Source: Lingula anatina (taxonomy: Eukaryota; Animalia; Brachiopoda). From it: DNA of 64,000 bases. The position numbers and the translations under genes were made by a program. The DNA lies in NCBI GenBank assembly GCA_051362555.1, contig CM120643.1, positions 3,162,001 through 3,226,000 on the forward strand, written 5' to 3'. Of this stretch, positions 12,176-25,142 are shown piece after piece. Position 1 is the stretch's first letter; every line of letters begins with the position of its first letter. The notes below the pieces were generated by a model. The model had not been told where the DNA came from and made no database searches. It saw nothing but the letters and a program-made list of their open reading frames with translations.

Positions 12176-13387
12176 TTAGCTGGTTATCAAACGCTTCCTT
12201 GATTGTCTGTCACCCATTGGGATATCCCCCATACCTAGATTCGTGCTGCGCGTTTCCCCTGTTGACGTACGTCTAAGGCGGAGTATGGGGCAACATTTCA
12301 AAGCTTTAACGAAGGCCCGCCTGAAGCCTGCTGAGGCAAAGTTATATATTATAGGATTAAAGCAAGAGTTGGCAAAGGCAAGAAGCTGGGCGACAGTAGA
12401 GATAACGTATGAGGAACAATCATCTATTGTCCCGTGGGTTTGAATGGTGTTGACAAGAGCTATAAGTTGGAAAGGCAGCCACGAGAGAAAGTAAACCACG
12501 GCGACGGACACCACTAAGACCATCAGTTTTCTGGTGTTGCGGCGGGAGTGTTCGGTTTCAGTTGCTCCCCGTTGCGTTCCATTAATTTTGCAAATGGCTT
12601 TGTTCCGTTTGCAGAGAGTACGGATGATAAACATAGTTCCTCCGCAAAACAACATCATCGGCAGCAGAAAGTCAATCCCAATAGTGATTGTGTTGAAAAT
12701 ATACTTTTGGTATTCAAAGCGATACACAAAGTGGCAATAGTTCTTCCTTTGCTCCGTGTAGAAAATGGCGGCAGGAATATTAATGACAATCATGGCGAGC
12801 CAAACTATGAGGTTCGCAGTGCCCGAATGACGTTTTGTTAAGGTAACAGAGGAGTGCAAAGGCGAAGCAATGGCAATACAGCGGAACACGCAAATAGCCA
12901 CCAAAGTATAGGCACTCACTGACATGGTGACAAACACCGTGTACTTGAAAAGTTTACAAACATACTCGCCCAACACCAAAGAGTAGTCAATGTAAATTGC
13001 CCCTTGTAACGGTACACAGAACAAGAGGAACAACAGATCTGCCACTGCCAGATTGAGGAATAACATATTTGGACAGGTACGCAGATAGCTATTGGAGATG
13101 ATCACGAAGATAACTAAAGCGTTCCCACATACACCAATTAAAAACACAACAGTAAAGAATATTGGGCATAAAAAGGAAAACAATTCGATGAGATGTAAAA
13201 AATGCACCATACTGCAGGTGTCAAATCCAGAGTTACTGTAATTAAAATATTCATTGGCAAAGAATGCACGTGGTTGAAAATGGTCCGCCAGTAGAGATAA
13301 ATTATTGTCAAGGCTAGTGTTCCAATCAACGGTCCCATTGTTTGGAAATGTGTCAACAAATCCGGCGATTTGTCTCTTGAACTCCAT
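12176..13387 (-). CDS. Class A GPCR, paralogue of 2610-3797, galanin/allatostatin-A receptor-like, 403 aa
   Basis: Same 7TM motif set (GNALV, LAVADL, FRC, FLLP, SWLP, NPIIY). Long identical peptide stretches shared with the first receptor. Intact ATG-to-TAA ORF. Confidence 0.93.
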   Translation of the reverse strand: MEFKRQIAGFVDTFPNNGTVDWNTSLDNNLSLLADHFQPRAFFANEYFNYSNSGFDTCSMVHFLHLIELFSFLCPIFFTVVFLIGVCGNALVIFVIISNSYLRTCPNMLFLNLAVADLLFLLFCVPLQGAIYIDYSLVLGEYVCKLFKYTVFVTMSVSAYTLVAICVFRCIAIASPLHSSVTLTKRHSGTANLIVWLAMIVINIPAAIFYTEQRKNYCHFVYRFEYQKYIFNTITIGIDFLLPMMLFCGGTMFIIRTLCKRNKAICKINGTQRGATETEHSRRNTRKLMVLVVSVAVVYFLSWLPFQLIALVNTIQTHGTIDDCSSYVISTVAQLLAFANSCFNPIIYNFASAGFRRAFVKALKCCPILRLRRTSTGETRSTNLGMGDIPMGDRQSRKRLITS

Positions 13388-14760
13388 CAGTAGACTTGAA
13401 ATATGTTTGCAGAAACAAATGCTCCAGTCACAAATCCTTCCTCAACTCAACTCCGACGGCAGTCAACGCGTTACGGTTCTTCGAGAATATTCGGTAAAAG
13501 TGACTTTTGCCTTTGTTCCCAGTCCACCTGACGTAAACCTCATCTATATCTTTTTAAAGTGTATTGTTTTTGTAACCGTGTGGATGCGATTCTCGGGACT
13601 CGTATCCAAAGGTACTTTGTTCAATCGTCAGATGTGTTAGATGACAAGGAATGCCGTTTTTATCACTCAAAATATGCTTTGCTGACAGGATGGTTATCTG
13701 GAAGCAGGTTGTAAATCTCTGGATGAACTGTTGCAGTTATAGCCTTTCAGTAACCCGTCAAAAACTGCACAGATTACTTGGAAAGAGCGCCCGATTTTCT
13801 TCGTATTCTTCTTTGTCAGCACCGTCACCTAAAGTGTTTAAAAAGACAATAAGAAACAGATAAATCACCTAGTTACCAACGAAATTTAATTAAACCTGGA
13901 ATACTTGGCAGCTGAAAGCAGACGGCGCTCATTTTGACTATGAGAACCATCAGTTCAAATTGAATCACAATGCGTCATTATTTTGATGGATTAAAAGTAC
14001 AGGACATGATTTATAAGCACTCTTGACTGTTGTAAGATAAAGTCAAGTAAATGAAATGAAATACATGAAGACAACCTTGATATCTATCTTGTATAATACA
14101 GTAACATCGTATCTGATGTATACATACATGCACATAAACGTGTACACACATTTACTTTGACATTTATACAGTGGCTATCAAATGTATTATTAATGAAACA
14201 ATCTTTGACAAAAACGCTTCAAGATAAACTATGAATCCCCCCTGGGCATTTTACACCCGTAATCGCGTATAATCCTTCAATTGGCGACTCATATTGTGAT
14301 TAAAGAGCTGCCCATTTTGCTTTTAACGACTTCCTCAATCAGTGTAATGGACAGAAATCTGCTTTTGTGTCACCTTTGACTGAGGATGTATTTTACCAAC
14401 CTTTATAAAGTAAAAGAATTCTGATGACTAAAAAGAAATACCTTAGCAAAGCCTGGTTCAATAATTTCTTTTGCGTCTGCACTTGTCAGGTTTTTTGGTC
14501 AAGGTAAAGACAAAGAGACGGAAAGCTTTGTTCAAACTTAAGCTTTCATGTGTGAATGATTGGAAGCGGAAACATCTCTAGTTCAATGAAGGTCGCTGGA
14601 GACATATTCACTCCATTTTTATTGAAGTTTATTGACGTTCGTAAAACGGGCCTTAAAGGCTTTGAATTTGTACGATTTGGGAAGAGACTTTATCCCTTTA
14701 CAGTCACCTATATTTTGATGGCCAAATTTTGTGGTATTATCCCTCGCTTCACACTCCATG

Positions 14761-15107
14761 TTAAAGGGATAAAAACTCTTCGTTTCGGCCAAAAAATGAA
14801 TTTTCCTGGAGTAAACAACAATTTTCCCATACTTACCAATGGTTAATGAATCCATTTTAACATTCAAAGTTAGTCCCTGTTTTTTTTTTCTAAAAAGTTT
14901 GGTTTTTTGTTAAAATCTCTTAAGAGATTTTAACAGAGTATAGCCATCAATGGAGGTCACGTGGTCTAAAGACAAGCTCAGATATCAGAAAAATAGCTAT
15001 AACTGCCCTTTTTGTGGTAATACAGAATATATTTTATTGCTATGAGTTATTCACGATGTTTTTATTGTAAAATATAGATCTCATACGAAGAGTTACTATC
15101 CCTTTAA
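14761..15107 (+). mobile_element. TTAA-flanked MITE (Kolobok/piggyBac-type), copy 1 (coordinates include TTAA)
   Basis: TTAA|agggataaaaactcttcgt ... acgaagagttactatccct|TTAA. Internal 28-bp perfect palindrome tgttaaaatctcttaagagattttaaca. Confidence 0.85.
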
Positions 15108-15720
15108 CTTTCACTGTCGACAGCTACAACTAGTTTCGCGAATAAATTCAAATGTATGCGATCATACATAATACAAACTACGTCAACATTTACTTCATCT
15201 GTGTTAAACCACAAAGAAATAATTCATCCCAAATAAACCAATCATTCTAAGCCAAATATTTCATAACATCTTGGACATTTTACTGTCATTGACATGTACA
15301 TTACTATTTGATTATCACAACATTGTTGAGAAGTTTATTGGAATGAAGCGATGCTTTCTTTAATCTTTTCTTTCACAGAAAATCCAACGAATCAAAACCC
15401 GGAAATTTGTCTCGGATCATGATAAATGATTCGTCTTATAATTTGCGCATGCGCAGTCACTCTCGATACGAACCTTCCCCATACGAAAGACAGCGAATTT
15501 TCTGATTCGTCCAGTAGATTGATATTGCATGATAAGAGAGACTGATCCAATATTGGACTTAAGAAGTAATAACATCGAATCAATGCGTTATGACTTCTAA
15601 AGCCCATGTTAGGTAGCATTCAAAACAGATGATCCGCAGACCTTCCGATCTTAGAAATTAAGCCTCGAAGCCGAAATTTAATCCGCGTGCGAGCGGGGAG
15701 ACCATTAAATGATATGATTA

Positions 15721-15957
15721 AGCCTAGGTCCCAACCGAACGTACGGCTGTTACGTGTGGTCTACGGCCAAAATATTGCGGAAAACGTGGAATTTCGTGCG
15801 TGAGGAACACGTCCATCGTGCGACATTTGAAGGACGCAAACAGCACGTAGAAACTTTTCACCAATTACTTCATTTCTTCCCTGCGATCTAGCTACGTCCT
15901 AGCCGGACGCAAGGAACCTAAAAACCGTGCGTCCAAAACGTAGTTGGGACCTAGGCT
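15721..15957. mobile_element. PIF/Harbinger-type MITE
   Basis: 15-bp TIR agcctaggtcccaac/gttgggacctaggct. TTA on both flanks (15718-20 and 15958-60). Confidence 0.8.
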
Positions 15958-18953
15958 TTAGGCAATCTTGTTTTCTTGTATGGTCTGTCAAATTTGATCC
16001 GCAGAACAGTAGATCCGAGAATCATCTTTTCTGAATGCGACCTTACGTTATTTTTTTCCTCTGTAAAACCCTTTACTTTGCCCTTATAAACTTTCCGTTA
16101 TACGACAAGGAACCTTTGTTTATCGCAAAACCATGAACAAAGCAGGTCATTTTTGCCGGGAACATCTAATATTGAAAATATCGTGTACTTCCAATATTTC
16201 GATATCTACCGATAAAGCACCCTCCTCGAAGAGAAACATGCAACACATCTGATGAAATTATTATCACATCATGAGGCAAGTTTTAAAGAAACAATATTCC
16301 CTACTTGCACGGATAGAATATGTGATAAGAGTAACTCAACTAATGTCGGACAAGTGCTGTGTAAATTAAGCAGACACTCAAAGGAGAAAATATGATGAAA
16401 ATCATTTGAATACTCATGGTTGCCATGGCTTGAACATATGTAAAGATTGCATGTAAGAACGTAGTTTTCTTCGTCAGGTCTGCTGTTTATAAGTGCACCA
16501 AAAGTATCATCGACCTTAAGGGCTTATTCCCAAAGCGAACATGCACTTTTTTTCGAAGAACTTCCTTTTTAGGGTAGTATGCAGGAGATATGTTCCATTG
16601 TGGCCTTGTTAACACGCTGGTGATTTGCTTTCCTTTTGGGACCTAGACGGTTTCTTAGCGAGATATTGCAGCCATTTATTTCCCTTCACAGGGGGATATA
16701 CCATAAGATCGATGAGCGGTTTGTAGTAATTACTTCTCGGGCACTTTGACATGGGAAACAAAAAAGGCGGGTAGAAATAACAAGATACTGCAGGATGCTG
16801 CTGTGTGATCCATATTCCCTAATGTTTTCTCTTTGTCACTGTCCTCATGTTAAATGGGCATGAATACCATGGTAAAATTAAAGAACACGAATTTAGTAAA
16901 GAAACAGTGAGTTGGGAATTAATGCCCACGGTGGTGGTTCTGTTCACCATATAGGTCTACCATTCCTTACGCAAATCAAACCAATTTGGCGTTCCACTGA
17001 GAAAGCGTAGCTGCGAAGGTCTGCCTGCAATTTTTTGGTGCCATACGCTTGAGCTCATTTTGGTCGTACCTTTCTGCTACAAAGCTCTTTCCTGATAGCG
17101 GGGATTTTGAGTTTCTCTTACATCTAATGGTCTTTGTTCTACATTTGTGCCAACTTTTTGCCCCAATAGCTGTTTGTGGTTTCACATATTGTCTTAAGAA
17201 ATCTTGGTTGCACTCATTAACCTACCTAATAACTTTTGTTATGGCAGTTTTATATTATATAGTATGGGGGGTGTATGGTTATCCCCCCAAGTTTGTCACT
17301 TTGTAACGTATTATTTTTCGTCACTAATAGATGACAGTTTTCATTCATACAGAGCTTCTTTGTCCTTGTGAACATTTGGTTACCTAAAGATTTTTTACAG
17401 AAATACATTCCTTACGGCTAGAAGAGTAAAATTACCTTGGTTGATACATTAAGCATGTGGCCATCAAGTTGTGAAGGAAAGTAGAGAACCAGCCAGAAGT
17501 TGGCATAAAACCCTTAATTTTTGGCTCTAGAAAATGTACTTCCTATCGTAATAATGTTGTATCGAATAATGTTGTATAATTGACAGCATCCTTGCACGTT
17601 ACTGTTACTGCCTTTCGATGACTCTGCTATTCTTCTCCCTGTTTTCTTGAACATGACATTTGCTTTTCCCTAAAATGTTTCCATAATTCACCAAATTCAT
17701 AATTGATTAACACAAGGTAACCAAGCGAAGAAACAAATATACTTTTACCTGAAGGTAAAACAAGATATTATAATAGTACACTAATGAGCTTTTGTACGTA
17801 ATTTTGCCTCTTTGGAATCGCAGAAGCAGTATTCTCTTCGATCAAACGATAGTACTGTCCATATTACGAATGATGCTACTGCGTGTGCTATAAATGTCCA
17901 AAGGGTTCTCAGAATCAGAAAATATAGTTACGACAACAATAAGGATTGCCATGTGAAAAATACGTTTCGACGTTACAGCCACGTGTGCTTAATGGTCGAC
18001 AGAAAAGATTACGTATTTACATGTATTTATTTACGAATACTGTCAAAGAGCGAACCAGACAAACAAATTATTTGATTTGATCAAACGATTGGCTTATCAG
18101 TTTTGGCTGGTGAAATTTGTCAGAAAAAGGCCACTACATAATGTTAATCTGTAATGTAAGTTCTACTGGTTCGTATTTCCAGAAAATATTTTTACTATGA
18201 TAATAGTTTTTATGCCATGGGGATATGAAACGCGCATTTTAAAGTCCGACCCTTTTCATTTTTTATAACGTCTGCTGAAAAAATTAGAAACCTTTTTGTC
18301 AGCGAACGCTTTTAAGCAAATGAGCTATAAAAGCAAAATTAACGGCGTTTGAAGGTCACTGTCTCAAATAATATGCATCCTCGCACAATCACGCCACTGC
18401 GCTATATATATATATACTAAATTCAGGGAGCGATGGGCCCCGTAAACCCACCTTCTTAAGGATACCGTAGGGTTTATTATCATCCAGATACCGAAAATGA
18501 TTTTTTCTTGCATCTTATTATTCAATAATGCATGTACCTTTGTGCTGATTTAAAACAATAACCCCTTCCTAGAAAACATATAATGTCGGTGTTTATATTT
18601 GCCGTCGGTGTGTATAATCGTAGGCAACTGAAAGCTTTTATCACCAATCTAACACCTTTCTATTTTGAAGTGAGACAGCAATTGATTTATGGTGTAACCT
18701 CGTCCCTTATCACGAACATTGGCATAATTGACCACAATTGTATGGGCTTCAACACCGTACGGTCATTTTGGTTTAAATGTTTTTGAAATGTTATGGGCCC
18801 CTAACGACAGACTGTCATTAAACAAAGACATTATTTTGCTTCATCAACAATGAAATCTAATCTAAAGCTTTTAAGAAAAATAGCTGACAAGGTTTTGGGG
18901 TGGTAAATGGTGGACACCAGGTCATACATGTGTAATAATACAGTACAGTTCTA

Positions 18954-19191
18954 CACACACTGGACAATAGAAGTGTCACCCCCTGAATCAGAGTAATCAA
19001 AGGTATAATGCCTGATCTACTTATTATGTGACTAATAAGTATAAAACCGCTGTGCCATGGAATTATATTGATGTTCTTTTTGTGAAATTTGATGTCAATA
19101 AAATGATACCAGGAGCATATCATTCCACAGTCATTTATCTCCCCCATAGTATTGGTTCAGTAGGGGTGACACTTCTATTGTCCAGTGTGTG
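18954..19191. mobile_element. Tc1/mariner-type MITE
   Basis: Perfect 29-bp TIR cacacactggacaatagaagtgtcacccc. TA dinucleotide on both sides. Confidence 0.82.
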
Positions 19192-19994
19192 TACTTAATA
19201 TTCTATTCGATGATTTGATGAAAAAAAAACAGTTCATAGTTAATATATTTAAAGCTAGTGGAAATTCGTCTTTCATTCATATGATATTTAACTCCTGCAA
19301 TTAAACAACCTTTATGTTATATGATAAAATCGTCTGTGTTTTATACGTCTTTTCAAACAGTAGCAATGAAAATATTCTTTTGTCACATACATGTACTAAT
19401 TACACGTGAAATACTGCGATGGTCACGACGGCCAGTTATAACTTTATACCCATAGCTAAAGGAGAATGAAAATCCGCTCTTCCTAGACACATTACTGTAC
19501 TCAACAGGAAAGTTGACAACAGCATAAAGATTAGGGAGTAGAGAAGAAGACCCACAAAAATCAATACCTTAACGTCACATCACAGCATCTGTTACAACAC
19601 AAAATGAGAGATAGTTGAGAAATGTGACGGACAGAGCACATAATTTAGTTAGTGAAGAGGAAGACAGATACGAAGAAATAAAAAACAATCAGCGGGGCTC
19701 TTAGTCCGTGTGGATATTCAATTTCGACGAAAAAGAAAATGTTAAACCAGAGGAAAGAAATATTTCTTCTAAGAAAATGACCAGCAAAGACTTAGAGAAA
19801 TCCAGAGGCATCACAGCACTGGAAGACCGTCAAGATTCTAAAAAAAGAAAGTGACAGGAAAACCAGACGAATAAAGGAAGCCATATGGATCAGGAAAACA
19901 CTGAACTATCTTAACAGAGACGAAGACAGCTCACTCTTCTGTCCTCGCGTCTTTAAATGTTTGCCGTTAAATGTATGTCTTTGCGCCGTTGGTC

Positions 19995-20017
19995 CTGCCT
20001 ACCTGCCAGTCTGTCTA

Positions 20018-20048
<31 letters not shown>

Positions 20049-20086
20049 GTCTGTCCGTCCGTCTATCTGTCTACCTGTTCGTCTAA

Positions 20087-20120
<34 letters not shown>

Positions 20121-20421
20121 GTCTGTCCGTCTGTCTATCTGTCTACCTGTTCGTCTAACTGTCTGTCTGTCTGTCTGTCTGTCTACCTGTCAGTCTGTCT
20201 ATCTGTCTGTCTGCCTGTCTATCCGTTTACCTGTCAGTCTGTCTGCCTGTCTGTCTGTCTATTTCTCTGTCTGTCTGTCTATCTGTCTACCTGTCCGTCT
20301 AGCTAACTGTCTGCCTATCTGCCTACCTGTCAGTCTGTCTGTCTGTCTGTCTGTCTATCTGTCTACCTGTCAGTATGTCTATTTCTCTGTCTGTCTACCT
20401 GTCTGTCTGTCCGTCTGTCTA
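19995..20421. repeat. Degenerate (TCTG)n/(TCTA)n microsatellite
   Basis: About 425 bp of tetranucleotide repeats with a repeated higher-order block (ctacctgttcgtctaactg). Confidence 0.95.
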
Positions 20422-22678
20422 TCGGTCTTTTAAGGTCTCAGCTTCCCAGGTCTCCTCTGTCCAGCTTTTGTCAACATGTCCTATCGTGCTACCAAAAGGC
20501 GCCTTCTTTTCGTACACCCCTCCACACACTATATGCTTTGTTAATCTCTCTTGCTTCACCGTGCCTCACATTACGATACCAACCTTTAAACCATTCCCAC
20601 TGCTCCAGTTAAACCATCATCGCATTCTCAACTTACAGCGCCCGCTGACATTCTACGTATTGGGTGAGCGTAATGCGGTCAACTCTCTGAAGCAGGGACG
20701 ACAGTGTGTTGATATAACACCCTGGATGACTGACTGAATAAAGCAACGCCCATTAAAATAATGCTTGAAAGAGTCCAAGGGTTAAAAAATGAACCGTTCT
20801 TACGACATTTGATTTTTACTGGTTGATGTACACAGTGATGTGATGACGACATGGAAACTATAAAAAACGCCCTTTATCATTTCTAAAGACTTGAGAGTTC
20901 TGCAAAGGCTTGACTCTCCTAGGATATAGACAATGAAATACTTCTAAAAATATCATCAGCGCCTGAAATGAAAACAACCTCCTTTGTGAGCGTGACGTAT
21001 TTTTGTCTTTATCTTTTGCTGTTACTCGAGGTAGCAAATACAATTCTGTCATAATCTTTCATGTCATTTATTTTGCACTTTCTAGTTGGTTTCCGCGTCG
21101 CTTTCTTCCCATTTTACTCGTGGCTGTCAATAACTTACATTACATGAGTAAAAACAACTTCCCAAAATATCAATGCACAATGCAATAATCATCTCTTTCA
21201 GAACAAACATATCCCAGTCTTGATTATAGAGGCGTACTTTTTGTTTCATACAACATATGATAATACAACAGTTTAATTTACTTAAAATGGAGCACAGAAA
21301 TATGTATAGTTTTAATGCATTTATGAAAATTATGTAAAGAGATTGAAATAGGAATCTCTCACCATGTAGTTGTACAGAAACGTAGAAACTTCTGGACGGA
21401 GCCACGTTAAGGTTACGTCACGATGGCATTGGCTTTATCTAACTGATTTCGCAAGGTAAGAACGAAACAACTTTCAGGTTCCTTTATACTCTTTATTGTC
21501 ACTTCCCAACTACCTTTTCTACATCTTCTTCCTCTCCCTTCAACCTTACACATTGCTTTTCGCCGTTTACATAACATTCTACGCTTAAGTACTACGAGGT
21601 CATGTCAATCAACTCAATCACTCTACAAAACACTCCTCGCTCCTTATTAACTCATGACTGTCAGTTACTAACCTTACAGTTAAACGCAAACAGGTAACTA
21701 TCAGCTGAGACGGCCGTACCCGTGATTTATTTCAGCGCGTACGCTAACGTTTATCGCCAGACGTATTCGATTCTTGACACAAGGAGTCCAAGGAAATCAA
21801 AGTAAATCAGACCAAAAAAACAAACCTAACACCACCATCTGCTCACTGAGGTATTTCTGGTTACATACGTATTGGAACCTAAGACCCAGTAAATATAATT
21901 AGGTCCTAGTTGGAGACAAGACAGATGCTATAAAATCTCCACTGGGATGCTTTTAGAACAGAGATTTTTAGTATAATGGAAATCGTGGAGGACAACGCCA
22001 ACCGTGACTAGCTTCCTTCCAAAGATAAGTATTATCTTGTGACTCGTACGTTCTTTTCTTTTAAATCATCCCAATGTTGCAGTAATGCATCAACGTCTCG
22101 GTACGGGCACGTGAAATAGGTATTGATAAGAGTATAAATCGGTGGAAAGATTGTTGAATTAACTGAAAAGAAATGATTTGTTGAAATAAATTAGCGAATG
22201 GAAGGAAAAGGGACGTAAAGATCGACAGACGCATGGGCGAATGAATGACACGCAGAAAGAATGAAAGAAAGAGAGAGATAAAGAAAAAAAGGAATTGTTA
22301 TGACTTGCACGCACAGATGATTAGAAACAGGAAAATACTCGCGTGCATAGATACAAGCGCATTCACAACAGAAAAAAACATGTGAATTAACCGTCAAATA
22401 CAGATCCCAATGCAATTTTCCTCAGACAAAACAAAATAATGCCCTGAGTGCACTTTGCTTTGTTTTGAAGTGATGAGAAATTGAAAGACATGAACGCTGA
22501 CGTGATCTTATTACACTGTTAGGCATAATAATTAAGTAAGTAACGTAGGATGTTCTTACTACACGTAACAGTCTGATAGACAGTGAAAAGGTCGTTTCTT
22601 TTACGTCAGTCAACCAAACGAAAAAAAACTTGGCCACCTTTGTCATTCTTGGCTGCAATTATTTCCCTAAATATTCTT

Positions 22679-23184
22679 CAGACTTGTCATTTAATATGGA
22701 ATATTTTTTCAAAATCATTTTTCATCAGTTTTTTTCCTATTTTGCTGACTGATAAATGAAAAAAAGGATTAAAATCGTGTTTTAATGACTTTTAATTATC
22801 TATCTGATCTCATAGTGACATCAGTTCATTGATTGAATTCGCCAGTGAAGCAAACAGAAATACATTGCCTATTCTATGACATCCTTTAAAAGAGATATTT
22901 GAATCTGCATATTTTCCTATTTTTCGTCTGTAAAAGAGTTACACGTTTCACTATGGACCCTCATGTCAGTGTCTAGTTATAGCAACGGTCGCTGTTACAT
23001 CTGACCTCTTCTGGCTGCTACCAGCGATCTAAAGCGACAAGGCATTCCTTGGGCAAGTATTTTTAGAATTCAATCTGGAATAGCATTCCAGGCATCAGTC
23101 AAAACTTGTCCAATTTGGTCTAGTTTTGTTGTAGAACACGTAGGCCGTTGATTCGGTGAGTAATGGCCTACCCACATATTGTCT
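22679..23184 (-). mobile_element. Second partial copy of the same Tc1 relic (3' end)
   Basis: Colinear similarity to 8309-8820 (catttaatatggaatatttt, gtgacatcagttcatt, ccctcatgtcagtgtctagt, cctacccacatattgtct), with many substitutions. Confidence 0.75.
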
Positions 23185-23209
23185 CTGAAGAGATTATTAC
23201 AAAAAAGCA

Positions 23210-23341
23210 AACTAGATAAAAAAACAGACCAAATTTGAATGAAGAAATGGATTCATTAACCATTGGTAAGAATGGGAAAAGTGTTGGTTACCCCAGAAAA
23301 ATTCATTTTTTGATCAAATCGAACAGTTGTTATCCTTTTAA
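23210..23341 (-). mobile_element. Truncated, diverged third copy of the TTAA MITE
   Basis: aaatggattcattaaccattggtaag...gttatccttttaa matches the end of 44927-45276. Confidence 0.6.
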
Positions 23342-24021
23342 GTATTCAATTTTACCTAATTATCAATCAACTGACAAGTGTCAATAAGATTGTTTGCCTA
23401 TCTGGACTTCCTAAATGGCCAGTAAGTATTTTTGTATAATATGACATGTTTATATCACTGATTCCTGTGCCATCGTGTCACCTGCCAAATGAACGGTATA
23501 AATCTCCATTCCAATTTTCCAAATCATCACTATTTCAAGATGCCCCTTAGCGATGATATACGTTCGGGCTCCGAAAACAAGGGTGCGAATTAAAGACATC
23601 ACCACACAAATGAAAAAAATGAAGCCCATAAGGTGTCATGACAGGCAATTTACCATGTGTTAAAGAAATACACCGAAGGTATTTAGGACTTGGCATTTCC
23701 TTTACTCCAGTCTTCTGTTGCAGTTGATACAACATAACCCAGTATTGTTTGCTCGTGTCGATTGCAATATCTTTGCATCAGCGATAAAGGAAAAGGAAAA
23801 GTGAATCAATTAAGAAGGAGCAGAGCGTGTTCGTTGAACCGACTGATTTGGGTGTCCGATAAGGATAACTTGCCGATTCCCCTACCCTGTAATTATCATG
23901 CGGCCTCTATTGTTCGACCATACGGGGCAGGGTTGGGAGACCATGCGGCCTTTTGGTAAGGGGACTTTCCAGCGGCACTGTAACACGACAACCACCTCGT
24001 TTGACTTCACCTGAGAAAAGA

Positions 24022-24250
24022 ACACTGGGTTCCCACAGATTTAGATCGATCCATCTGGATCGATCTAACTCCCTGGGGGTTCACGCTAAATTGCTGTCAG
24101 CTTCCGGGAGCAGAGTGCGCACATAAGTTAATTACCCCCTTACAGCTTTTAGTAGACGGGACAGACATTTTAGCCGGTTAAGCTGACAGCAACCTAGTGA
24201 GACTCCCCAGGGGGATAGATCGATCTAAATTATCTGTGGAAATTGGTCTC
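24022..24250. mobile_element. GATCGATC-family MITE (about 215-250 bp), copy
   Basis: Shares tagatcgatc subterminal motifs, gggggttcacgctaaa, agttaattaccccc and ctagtgagactcccc with copies at 28765, 34378, 41744, 48829, 49772 and 52593. Confidence 0.75.
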
Positions 24251-24756
24251 TAAAATGCCATACACAATGGACGGTTGACTCATTTTTTAGCTCAAAACAT
24301 TAATAAAATCAAAACCAAAATGGTCTCCTGAAACTGGGTTTCATTTGGTTTCATTCCTCTAACGACGCAAAAGATCAAACATCTGAGAATAATATCCAAC
24401 ATTGCATAATAAGTGCTATTACATGTACATATAGGCAACACAGATGAAAGGCATTTTACTTAAATATATATCCCATTAGTACCTTTCTACGAAATATTAA
24501 ATCATAATTGTCACTTTGAACATTTTTGTTAACCGTCTATTTAGACACAGCTAGAGCACATGTGATCACAAAGCGTGCGTTTAGATGGAACAGAAACAAT
24601 ACTGCACCGTATGACACAATAGAGCGAATAACCGATGATTTGGATTACAGGGTTCATTACACGTTAAATCTGCAGTCTAGTCGGCACCGCTTTCTGGGAG
24701 TTTGGTCTGCTAGAACGTTTATACGCTCTGAGTGACTGTACACAATTGATTTGTTG

Positions 24757-24922
24757 ACCTAGCTACTGTGCATTTATTTCACGGGATCTCTCGCTGAATG
24801 CAATCAGATGAAAAGATTACCAAAAGACTAGCGACTGTACGAGCGCGTTGGAAATTTGTCACTATGTTAATCTGATTGCATTTAACGAGTGTCCCCGTGT
24901 AGTTAGTGCGCTGTAGCTAGGT
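24757..24922. repeat. Imperfect palindromic element (MITE-like)
   Basis: Nested inverted arms: acctagcta/tagctaggt, cacggg/cccgtg, aatgcaatcagat/atctgattgcatt. Confidence 0.6.
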
Positions 24923-25100
24923 TTCTAAATTCATGATGAGTGGGTCCAAAGGTTCCAATCACTTATTTGTCCCATCTGATATCACAAGGGCCTCCAGTAA
25001 ATATAAAAAATTGAGGAAGCGACAGATAATAGTTTTGTTAGAGAAAAACAGGGAACTCTGTTGTCAGAGAGTAACATTTTTGTACATGAAGCCGCTTGCT

Positions 25101-25103
<3 letters not shown>

Positions 25104-25139
<36 letters not shown>
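25104..25139. repeat. (TG)n microsatellite
   Basis: Direct reading of the sequence. Confidence 0.95.

Positions 25140-25142
<3 letters not shown>

Noticed and set aside
16400-17210. Coding-like minus-strand stretch (FLKTICETTNSY...), possibly a transposase relic
   Set aside because: Multiple stops and no catalytic motif that I could identify with confidence.
19957-20433. ORFs of 158 and 111 aa
   Set aside because: Translations of the TCTG microsatellite.
20430-20640. Possible LINE relic on the minus strand (ERLTKHIVCG)
   Set aside because: Too short and degenerate to support.
21415-21780. Possible solo LTR (minus-strand TGTCA start, AATAAA)
   Set aside because: No matching terminal CA and no target-site duplication.
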